Below, piece by piece: positions 56,488 through 64,000 of a DNA stretch of 64,000 nucleotides; positions within the stretch are counted from its first letter, which is position 1; each line of letters opens with the position of its first letter. Source of the stretch: Candidatus Faecousia excrementigallinarum (lineage in GTDB: Bacteria > Bacillota > Clostridia > Oscillospirales > Oscillospiraceae). The position numbers and the translations under genes were made by a program. The stretch covers positions 2,715 to 66,714 of the forward strand of contig DVFK01000107.1 in NCBI GenBank assembly GCA_018713285.1, written 5' to 3'. The notes under the pieces were generated by a model, which did not search any database, was not told where the DNA came from, and saw only the letters and a program-made list of their open reading frames with translations.

Positions 56488-59472
56488 TCAGGCAACCATG
56501 GTAAAGTCCTGGGTGGTAACAAAACCGCCGTTGAAGTAAATGGACAGCTTATAGGCTCCGGCTGCGGAGGGCAGCTGGGGTACATCCAGACAGGCGTAGT
56601 ACATATCCCACATATCATTCCAAGTGGTGTTCTGGGTGTCTACGGTGAGGATTTTACCTTCTGCATCGGTCACCACATAGGTAACCGCTACCGGGTCATC
56701 GGAAAGCCCGTACACCTTTTTCAGATTCAGTACGAAGGAAGCCTTCTCACCCACTGCAAACTCCGTGGTGTAGTCGGACTTCTTCACGTTATTTTGATTC
56801 CAGTTTTCGGTAGAGGGGGTCTTGCACATCTGGATGCTCATATTCTGGGCGGTTACGGTGAAGTTGTCATAGGTGCAGGAGAAAACCTCTGCCGCCGGGG
56901 TGTTTACCTTCAGGGTTCCTCCCAGTACATTGCCGGCTTCCGTGGTGACCTGGAAGGTGTAGGCAACGTTGGGCACCAGTCCGGTGATGGAGATGGTGTT
57001 TTCTGTGGCGGTCAACTGCTGGGGCTGGTCGAACCCTTCTATCTGGTAATTGACAATCCACTTCTCCGGCTGCTGGGTGGCCTTCCAGGTAAGGGTAACG
57101 GTACCGGGAACGGAGGTGTCCGCTGCCAGATTGGACAATGTGATGGGATTGGGCTCCAAGGTAACCCGTTCGCTGACGCTCATCCCTTCGGCTACCACCT
57201 CAACGACATAGCCCTGGGCCGGGTCAATGTTTTCAAAGGTGACAGTGGGCTCGGCAACGGTCTGGGTGGCTACATAGGTGCCGTCTGCCAGATAGCAGTG
57301 AGCCGTCCAGCTGGCAACCTGGGTGTCAGCAGGAGCCTCCCAGGTGGCGGTCATCTTGCCGTCCACGCAGCTGATAATCTGAAGATTCTTGGGATAAATC
57401 AGCTTCTGAGGCACAAAGGTCAAGATGGTGGTGCCGGTAATGGTCTCGTTGTTCTGGGGAAGAATCTGGAAGGTGTACTCCTTGCCCAGGGTCAGGCCGG
57501 TAATGGTGGCGGTGTTTCCGGTGCAGGAAATGGTTTTTTCCTCCTCACCGTTGGCATAGTAGGTGATATTCCAGCTGCCGGTCTGGGCGGAGTTGCCGCC
57601 CTCTGTGGTGAAGGTGAGGATGGCGCTGCCTTCCTCCGTGCCGGTGACGGCCTGGAATTTTACCACGTTAATCAGGGTGGGAGTGGTGTAGGTCTGGGAG
57701 GCGTTGCCCTGGACCGTCCGAAAGCCTTTGGCCTGTACCTGCACGGTGTAGTAGGTGTTGGGGGTCAGATTGGAGAAAAGGGCTTTCCCGTCCTGAATTT
57801 CGGCGGTGTAGCGGTTGCCATAGTCATCGGTACAGGTGACGTAGAGGTTTGCCGGGTCGGCCTGGGTATCCACCGTGACCGTCAGGGCTGTGTGGTCACC
57901 GCTGACGGTAATACCATCCACCGTCTGCACATAATAGTACTTGTAGAAGCAGAAGCCGCCTGCTGCCAGGGCAGCAACCAGAAGCAGGGTGATGGTCCAA
58001 ACCAGGATGACCTTCTTTCTGTGCTTCTTTTTCTGAAGGGTTTCTTCATCCTCCAGGGGGACTTCTTCTGCCTCATCTTCCTCCGAATCCTCTGCTTCTT
58101 CCTCCCCATCTTCGGAATCTTCCGGAGCCTCTTCCTGGGATTCCTCCTGAGAATCTGCCTGGTCGGGGGCTTCTTCCTCTGTTTCGATGGGCAGGGGAGC
58201 GGGAATGGGTACGTCGATGGCCTCCGGTGCCACCACCGGGTCCGGAACCGGATGGGCGGCGATGTCATCTACCTGAGACATCATCTCCGATACCTCAGTG
58301 GAAACCTCCTCATAGGAGATATCCTTGGCATCCTCTGCGGTGGGCATATCCTCCTGGGGAAGGGCGTCTTCCAGGAAGCTGAGATTGCCCAGCTCGTCCT
58401 GATAGTATTCCGTCCCTTCCTCGGGCTGGGATTCTGCCTTTTCCTCCGCCTGGGATTCCGGCGCTTCCTTGGTTTCTCCGGCTTCGGCCTCTCCGTCCGC
58501 CTCCACAGGCGTTTCCGTCTCCGGCTCCTGGGCGGGGGTCTCCTCCAGAGCAGCCGGCTGGGTGTCCACAGGGGCGATGATGGGGGTGTCGTTGGCACCG
58601 TTGCGCTGCATATAGGTCACGAGAGCCTGTCCCATCTGAGAGGGATTCTGCCACCGGTCCTTGGGGTCGGGGGCGCAGGCCTTGAGGATAATCTCCGCCA
58701 TCTCGTAGTCCGCAAACTCCGGGGGCGGGAAAGCCTCTCCGGGAGCGGTCTGCCCCTGGAAGGGCAGCTGACCGTTGTTGTATGCCTGGTACAAAATCAG
58801 GCCCAGGGCATACACATCCATGGTCTCGTTCAGACTGGACATGGCGTCGGTAATTTCCGGAGGGGTGTAGGCACTGCGGTATGTATCCGGCAGGGAGGCG
58901 TACTTCAAAGAGGAAAGACGCACAAAGCCCAGATCACCGATTTTAAATTCGTTTTTCTCGGTGATATGCACATTCTCCGGCTTCAAATCCACATACAGGT
59001 AGCCGGCTTGCCGGCACACGCTGAGGGCGGCGCACATATCCAGACCCAGATTCACGGCCTGGAGCTGGGTCAGGGGCTCCCGGCGGAACTGACGCGCCAG
59101 AGAGCGGCGGTACTCCCCCAGCAAATACACATCGTAGCCCACCTGATCGTCCATGGGACGAATCTGCCAGTTTTCATAGGGCAGGAAGCCTTCCAGCTGG
59201 GACAGCTTGGTAAGCACCTGGGCCTCCTGCACCACGCCGTCAGCCAAATCCCCGAAATACTTTCCAGCCTGTTCCGGGGTGGAGTAGGCACCGGTAAGCA
59301 GCAACGCTTCCAGCTTGGCAGGGGACTGGGGGATGGAAATGATTTTAACAATATATCGTTTGTTGGAACGCTCGTCAATGGCAGGGCAGCACCGCACGCC
59401 GTTGTGCTCACTGATGGGCTCACCCATGGCAAAGCTGTCCAGCAGAGGGGAAATCAATTTCGGCTCTGACAA
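56488..59472 (-). CDS. membrane Ser/Thr kinase-like protein with acidic linker and FN3-type ectodomain
   Basis: TTG start after AAGGAGG; YIVK, YVDLKPEN, DLG, YTPPE and DVYALG motifs; Glu-rich linker; TM; repeats NLTPNTYY / GLTLGKEY / GLVPNVAY. Confidence 0.82.
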   Translation of the reverse strand: MSEPKLISPLLDSFAMGEPISEHNGVRCCPAIDERSNKRYIVKIISIPQSPAKLEALLLTGAYSTPEQAGKYFGDLADGVVQEAQVLTKLSQLEGFLPYENWQIRPMDDQVGYDVYLLGEYRRSLARQFRREPLTQLQAVNLGLDMCAALSVCRQAGYLYVDLKPENVHITEKNEFKIGDLGFVRLSSLKYASLPDTYRSAYTPPEITDAMSSLNETMDVYALGLILYQAYNNGQLPFQGQTAPGEAFPPPEFADYEMAEIILKACAPDPKDRWQNPSQMGQALVTYMQRNGANDTPIIAPVDTQPAALEETPAQEPETETPVEADGEAEAGETKEAPESQAEEKAESQPEEGTEYYQDELGNLSFLEDALPQEDMPTAEDAKDISYEEVSTEVSEMMSQVDDIAAHPVPDPVVAPEAIDVPIPAPLPIETEEEAPDQADSQEESQEEAPEDSEDGEEEAEDSEEDEAEEVPLEDEETLQKKKHRKKVILVWTITLLLVAALAAGGFCFYKYYYVQTVDGITVSGDHTALTVTVDTQADPANLYVTCTDDYGNRYTAEIQDGKALFSNLTPNTYYTVQVQAKGFRTVQGNASQTYTTPTLINVVKFQAVTGTEEGSAILTFTTEGGNSAQTGSWNITYYANGEEEKTISCTGNTATITGLTLGKEYTFQILPQNNETITGTTILTFVPQKLIYPKNLQIISCVDGKMTATWEAPADTQVASWTAHCYLADGTYVATQTVAEPTVTFENIDPAQGYVVEVVAEGMSVSERVTLEPNPITLSNLAADTSVPGTVTLTWKATQQPEKWIVNYQIEGFDQPQQLTATENTISITGLVPNVAYTFQVTTEAGNVLGGTLKVNTPAAEVFSCTYDNFTVTAQNMSIQMCKTPSTENWNQNNVKKSDYTTEFAVGEKASFVLNLKKVYGLSDDPVAVTYVVTDAEGKILTVDTQNTTWNDMWDMYYACLDVPQLPSAAGAYKLSIYFNGGFVTTQDFTMVA

Positions 59473-59626
59473 GCATATCGCCTCCTTTTTCGTATCAATA
59501 CATATCATAAAATAAAATCCCCAAAAAAGCAACAGGTTTGTAGTTGTTTTATTGCGCAGTTGGTGGTATAATACCGGAAGATGAAATAAACAGGTGCTGA
59601 CAGCAGCACCCGACAGGAGGTTTCCC

Positions 59627-60649
59627 ATGAGCAAAATCATCTGTGATGTCTGCGGCACATCCTATCCCGAGACGGCTTCCCAGTGTCCCATTTGCGGAAG
59701 TGCCCGGTCCGGCGATGTCCAGGTTGTTGCCGATTCTCAGCCTGGCGGCGATGAGGCTGCGCCCCGGGGCTATCAATATGTAAAAGGCGGCCGTTTCTCC
59801 AACAAGAATGTCCACAAGCACAACAGCGGCAAGAAGCCTGAGCCCCCTGTGGAGAAGCAGGAGGCTCCCCGCACGCCCAAGCAGAAGTCCAATAAGCCCC
59901 TGATTATTGTCACAGTGGTTTTGCTTCTGTGCGTTCTGGCTACTGCGGGTTATATCGCCATCCGCTTCTTTGTGCCTGCGGATCTGCTTCCCTTTGGAGG
60001 AAGCAACACCCAGCCGGCAGCGACCACTGTGCCCTGCATGAGTCTGCAGGTATCCCAGCCGGTGGTGGAGCTGACCGAGAAGGGGGCTACTTACCAGATT
60101 GCCGTGACGGCTCAGCCCCAGAACACCACCGATACCCTTACATACCAGAGCAGCGACCCGGCTGTTGCCACGGTTGATAGCAAGGGCCTGATTACCGCAG
60201 TGGCTCCGGGACAGACGGTGATTACCGTTTTCTGCGGCGATGTCCAGACCCAGTGCGCTGTCCGCTGCACCTTCCAGGAGGAGACGGAGCCTTCTTCCGA
60301 GGCTACCGAGCCTTCCTCTGAGGCCACCGAGCCCTCCTCCGAAGCTACGGAGCCCTCTTCCGAGGCAACGGAACCCAGCTCCGAGGCCACCGAGCCCCAG
60401 GGCACCTACATGATTCGCACCCAGTTCGGCGTGAACCAGTACAACGATGTGACCATCGCTGTGGGCGACACTCTGGACTTCCAGCTGACGGATTCTTCCG
60501 GAAACAAGGTGGATGCCACCTTCACCGTGAAGGAAGGCAGCTGCTGCACCTTTACCGGCAACCGCCTGACGGCTGTCAGCAGCGGCATTGTAACCGTCTC
60601 CACCACCTACGGCGGTCAGGAATATACCTTCATCGTCCGGGTGAGCTGA
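59627..60649 (+). CDS. zinc-ribbon / TM / Ig-like (Big_2) membrane protein with TEPSSEA repeats
   Basis: CDVCG..CPICG; TM; SSDPAVATVDSKGLITAVAPG Big_2 motif; AGGAGG RBS. Confidence 0.8.
   Translation: MSKIICDVCGTSYPETASQCPICGSARSGDVQVVADSQPGGDEAAPRGYQYVKGGRFSNKNVHKHNSGKKPEPPVEKQEAPRTPKQKSNKPLIIVTVVLLLCVLATAGYIAIRFFVPADLLPFGGSNTQPAATTVPCMSLQVSQPVVELTEKGATYQIAVTAQPQNTTDTLTYQSSDPAVATVDSKGLITAVAPGQTVITVFCGDVQTQCAVRCTFQEETEPSSEATEPSSEATEPSSEATEPSSEATEPSSEATEPQGTYMIRTQFGVNQYNDVTIAVGDTLDFQLTDSSGNKVDATFTVKEGSCCTFTGNRLTAVSSGIVTVSTTYGGQEYTFIVRVS
60284..60397 (+). repeat. 21-bp in-frame tandem repeat, about 5.4 copies (TEPSSEA)
   Basis: Synonymously diverged units of type acggagccttcttccgaggct. Confidence 0.9.
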
Positions 60650-60665
60650 ATGTAAATTTCACAAA

Positions 60666-60696
60666 GCGGCGGCAGTCCCAAGGGGCTGCCGCCGTG
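60666..60696. terminator. probable bidirectional terminator
   Basis: gcggcggcagtccc/gggctgccgccgt stem between convergent genes. Confidence 0.6.
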
Positions 60697-60701
60697 TGCT
60701 T

Positions 60702-60908
60702 TCAGGAATTTTCCGACACATTCCGGAACCGGTGGAACAGCAGGGTAATGCACCAAAGACCTGCCACACCGATGACGGAGTAGACAATCCGGCTCGGCAG
60801 CATATCGGAGCCTCCAAAGAGCCAGGCCACCAGATCAAACTGGAAAAGACCAACAAGGCCCCAGTTGATACAGCCGATAATGGAAAGCACAAGTGCAAGA
60901 ATATCCAT
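60702..60908 (-). CDS. DUF378 family small membrane protein
   Basis: IIGCINWGLVGLFQFDLVAWLFGG..SRIVY. Confidence 0.92.
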   Translation of the reverse strand: MDILALVLSIIGCINWGLVGLFQFDLVAWLFGGSDMLPSRIVYSVIGVAGLWCITLLFHRFRNVSENS

Positions 60909-61048
60909 AAATGAACCTCCTGTAAAATGAATTGCTGTAGGTATTGTTGCCGGAAGTTATAAAATTATTCAAAAAGTTTGGAATTGCAAAACCGGAAGAA
61001 ATCCGTTATAATGTGGCTGAAACTATCAAAATACGGAGGCATACGCCG

Positions 61049-61906
61049 ATGACGACACTTTATGAGGGGGCATTTGCCAAGGTCAATCTGACCCTGGATG
61101 TGCTGGACAAGCGGCCTGACGGCTACCACAATCTGAAAAGCATCATGCAAACCATCTCCATCCGGGACGATGTGGAAATCGATGTGGGCACGGGAGAGCC
61201 CTGGAAGCTGGAATGCACCATGGAGGGCATTCCCACAGACGAACGTAACCTTGCCTGGAAGGCGGCAAAGGTATTCTGCGATACCCTGGGCAAGGACCCG
61301 GATGGGCTCCACATCCGCATCACTAAGCGGATTCCCACCCAGGCAGGTCTGGGTGGCGGCAGCGCCGACGCAGCCGCCGTCCTGCGGGCCCTGAACCGGC
61401 ACTATGACAGCCCTTTGTCTTTGCCGGCCCTGGCGGAACTGGGCGCAGCCGTTGGCAGCGATGTGCCTTTCTGTACCCTCTGCGGCACCGCCATGGTGGA
61501 GGGGAAGGGAGAGAAAATCCGGAAGCTGCCGGATATGCCGGACTGCTGCTTTGTGATTTGCAAGCCGGACTTCTCCGCCTCCACCCCGGAGCTGTACCGG
61601 AAGCTGGACGAGACCGCCATTGCCCGGCGGCCAGACCATCAGGCTATGGAAAACGGTCTGCTGGCAGGGGACCTGGGAAAAATCGGGGAGAACCTGTGGA
61701 ACGTGTTTGACCCGGTGGTGACGGCGGAGCACCTGGAGCTGAATTATATCAAATCCATCTTCAACACCTACGGCTCCATCGGTCAGCAGATGACCGGCAG
61801 CGGCTCTGCGGTGTTCGGCATTGTGCCGGACTTTGAGTTCGCCGCAGTCATCTGCAATATGCTCAAAGAAAACTACCCCCAGGTATTTATTGCAAAACCT
61901 GTATAA
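61049..61906 (+). CDS. ispE: 4-diphosphocytidyl-2-C-methyl-D-erythritol kinase
   Basis: AKVNLTLDV..RPDGYH, KRIP..AGLGGGSADAA, GSDVPF and MTGSGS motifs. Confidence 0.97.
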   Translation: MTTLYEGAFAKVNLTLDVLDKRPDGYHNLKSIMQTISIRDDVEIDVGTGEPWKLECTMEGIPTDERNLAWKAAKVFCDTLGKDPDGLHIRITKRIPTQAGLGGGSADAAAVLRALNRHYDSPLSLPALAELGAAVGSDVPFCTLCGTAMVEGKGEKIRKLPDMPDCCFVICKPDFSASTPELYRKLDETAIARRPDHQAMENGLLAGDLGKIGENLWNVFDPVVTAEHLELNYIKSIFNTYGSIGQQMTGSGSAVFGIVPDFEFAAVICNMLKENYPQVFIAKPV

Positions 61907-61930
61907 TTTCTGGAAAATCCGTCCATACTG
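61901..61930 (+). promoter_or_regulatory. putative sigma-F promoter for spoIIR, overlapping the ispE terminator hairpin
   Basis: GTATA-15 bp-GTCCATACTG; hairpin ccgtccatactg/cagtatggacgg followed by a T-run. Confidence 0.55.
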
Positions 61931-61960
61931 GAGTTAATTCAGTATGGACGGTGTTTTTTT

Positions 61961-62566
61961 ATGGGGAAACTTCTTAAACTTGCTCTGGTTCTGTTTGCCC
62001 TGGTGGGAATCGGGACGACCGTGACCCTCTGCCGGGACAAAGAGCTTTTGCAGGAGCACCTGGTGCGGCTGCATGTGGTGGCCAACTCCGACTCTGAGAC
62101 AGACCAGGCCCAGAAGCTCCAGGTGCGGGATGCGGTGCTCTCCTACCTGGAGCCGGCCATGGAGGCCATCACCGACCCCCAGGAGGCAGTGGCATACTTA
62201 CAGTCCCACCTGGGGGATTTGGAGCAGGTGGCAAATGAGGCGCTGGAAAAAGCCGGGTCTGCCCTTCAGGCGGTGGTGTCTTTGGATATGGAGGAATTCA
62301 CCACCCGGGTGTACGACACCTTTACCCTCCCGGCAGGCATCTACCAATCCCTGCGGATTGAGATTGGAGAAGGGGAGGGGCATAACTGGTGGTGCGTGGT
62401 GTTCCCCTCCTTGTGCGTTCCGGCTACCAGCGACGGTTTTGAAGTCCAGGCAGTGGATGGGGGACTGTCTCCGGCGCTGGCAAACAGCCTGACCCAGGGA
62501 CATTACAGCATCCGTTTCCGGCTCCTGGACTGGCTGGGACAGCTGGAAAATTTCTTCCGGGGCTGA
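61961..62566 (+). CDS. spoIIR: stage II sporulation protein R
   Basis: Signal peptide, VRLHVVANSDS..DQ..KLQVRDAV, LPAG.Y and GHNWWCVVFPSLC motifs. Confidence 0.96.
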   Translation: MGKLLKLALVLFALVGIGTTVTLCRDKELLQEHLVRLHVVANSDSETDQAQKLQVRDAVLSYLEPAMEAITDPQEAVAYLQSHLGDLEQVANEALEKAGSALQAVVSLDMEEFTTRVYDTFTLPAGIYQSLRIEIGEGEGHNWWCVVFPSLCVPATSDGFEVQAVDGGLSPALANSLTQGHYSIRFRLLDWLGQLENFFRG

Positions 62567-62636
62567 ATCTTACCCTGTTATTTGGACAGAAAATATGCTA
62601 TGATACAACCATCTGAGAAAAGATGGATGTGATGGT

Positions 62637-64000
62637 ATGCTGACATTGGTGCTGGGCACGGACTGGGTAGCCAATACCCAGCAGGTTTTGCAGATGGTGG
62701 GGGAGGATGTAGCCCGGGAGAGAACGGGAACCATCCTTTTGGTGCCGGAGCTTATCAGCCATGAGATGGAGCGCAGGCTCTGCATGGCCGCCGGAGACAC
62801 CGCCAGCCGATATGCGGAGGTGCTGTCCTTTACCCGGCTGGCAAGGCGTTCGGCGGAGTACCTGGGCACCCATATTCCCCCCACCCTGGACAAAGGGGGC
62901 AGAATCGTAGCCATGGCCTCGGCGGTGCGGCAGCTTCACAGCAAGCTGAAAGCCTACGCAGCGGTGGAGACCAAGCCGGAATTCTTGCAGGGACTTCTGG
63001 ACGGGGTGGATGTGTTCAAACGCTGCTGCATCACCCCGGCGGACTTGATGGCGGCCTCTGCCCAGACCCAGGGAAGCCTTGCCCAGAAGCTGGAGGAGCT
63101 GTCCCTGATTCTGGAGGCCTATAACGCCATCTGTCAGCGGGGAAAGATGGACCCCCGGGACCTTATGACCTGGGTGCTGGAAGAGCTGGAAGCCAGCGAC
63201 TTTGCGGAGTCTCACCGGCTGTATGTGGACGGCTTCCCGGACTTTACCCGGCAGCACCTGGCCATTCTGGAATATTTCATCCGGCAGGATGCCCCGGTGG
63301 TGGTGAGCCTACCCTGCGACACACCGGGAAGCACCGCCATGGCCTTTGAAAAGGCAGGGGCCACCGCCAAGGAACTGCTCCGCCTGGCCCAAAAGGCGGG
63401 GGTCACTGTGCAGACGGTGATAGTACCCCGGGAGGAAACCCCCACGGCTGAAGTAAGCCGCCTGCTGTTCCAGGGCAGAATCCAGCCGGGGCAGGGAAAA
63501 GACTGCCTTACGGTGGTCTCCGCCCAGAGCATTCACGGAGAATGTGTCCTGGCGGCGGAGCGGATTCTGGAGCTGGCGGCCTCAGGCTGCCGCTACCGGG
63601 ACATCAGCCTGGTGTGCGCCGATATGGGCAGCTACCGGGGGGAGCTGGAAATGGTGCTGAAACGCTGCCATATCCCGGTGTACGTGGCGGGCACGGAGGA
63701 AGTGCTGGAAAAGTCCGTGATTACCACGGTGCTCTCTGCCATGGATGCAGCCCTGGGGGGGCTGGAACAGCAGGACGTGCTGCGTTACATAAAATCCGCC
63801 TTGTCTCCTCTGACCCTGGAGGAATGTGACCAGCTGGAGGAATACGTGCGGCTGTGGAACATCTCCGGCAGCCGGTGGCTAACCCCCTGGACAGGACACC
63901 CCAAGGGCTTGACGGATGTGTGGACGACGGAGGACCAGGCCCTATTGGAGCGGCTCAACGGCTGGCGGCAGCAGATTGCCCAGCCTTTGGAGAGCCTTCG
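62637..64000 (+). CDS. addB: ATP-dependent helicase/nuclease subunit B, N-terminal part (partial)
   Basis: Read directly from DNA: MLTLVLG..ILLVPELISHEMER..AEVLSFTRLA..YVDGFPDFT..CRYRDI..LEEYV; ORF runs off the right edge. Confidence 0.85.
   Translation, partial: MLTLVLGTDWVANTQQVLQMVGEDVARERTGTILLVPELISHEMERRLCMAAGDTASRYAEVLSFTRLARRSAEYLGTHIPPTLDKGGRIVAMASAVRQLHSKLKAYAAVETKPEFLQGLLDGVDVFKRCCITPADLMAASAQTQGSLAQKLEELSLILEAYNAICQRGKMDPRDLMTWVLEELEASDFAESHRLYVDGFPDFTRQHLAILEYFIRQDAPVVVSLPCDTPGSTAMAFEKAGATAKELLRLAQKAGVTVQTVIVPREETPTAEVSRLLFQGRIQPGQGKDCLTVVSAQSIHGECVLAAERILELAASGCRYRDISLVCADMGSYRGELEMVLKRCHIPVYVAGTEEVLEKSVITTVLSAMDAALGGLEQQDVLRYIKSALSPLTLEECDQLEEYVRLWNISGSRWLTPWTGHPKGLTDVWTTEDQALLERLNGWRQQIAQPLESL

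Noticed and set aside
56794-59469. 891-aa plus-strand ORF
   Set aside because: Antisense shadow of the FN3 kinase gene, with the composition expected of a reverse-complement frame.
60284-60397. 21-bp tandem repeats as a possible CRISPR or ncRNA array
   Set aside because: No spacers; variation is at synonymous positions, so it is a coding peptide repeat.

Overview
GC-rich chromosomal segment of an endospore-forming clostridial Firmicute; gene order and style suggest Oscillospiraceae, which is an inference. It is mostly core genes: murD(partial)-ispD-ispF, cdaA-cdaR-yicC-remA-gmk-rpoZ-priA-def-fmt-rsmB-rlmN-stp-pknB-rsgA, nrdD with tandem NrdR boxes, two flavoproteins, a WYL regulator divergent from nfo and an FHA-SEDS/PBP pair, livKHMGF, a COG0523 pair, rarA, rex, a ROK kinase, ispE and addB(partial). 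Sporulation genes include a SPOCS/LysM protein, spoIIGA-sigE and spoIIR. One accessory block is a sortase-B (FCT-like) pilus locus at ~24.7-32.1 kb. The most notable observations are: (1) an Ile/Leu-rich leader peptide with overlapping antiterminator/terminator hairpins before livKHMGF, i.e. a classical ribosome-stalling attenuator where Firmicutes normally use T-boxes; (2) an atypical receptor-like Ser/Thr kinase with an FN3 ectodomain, divergently paired with a zinc-ribbon/Ig membrane protein; (3) a pilus locus with a structured leader, a Cys/His-repeat fibro-slime adhesin, a DivIVA-like ORF and a frameshifted, probably non-catalytic SipA-like peptidase; (4) an FHA-SEDS fusion; (5) MITE/REP-like palindromes at 51.1-52.4 kb. 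No rRNA, tRNA, CRISPR array or intact transposase was seen. All product calls come from motif recognition by eye, with no database searches.
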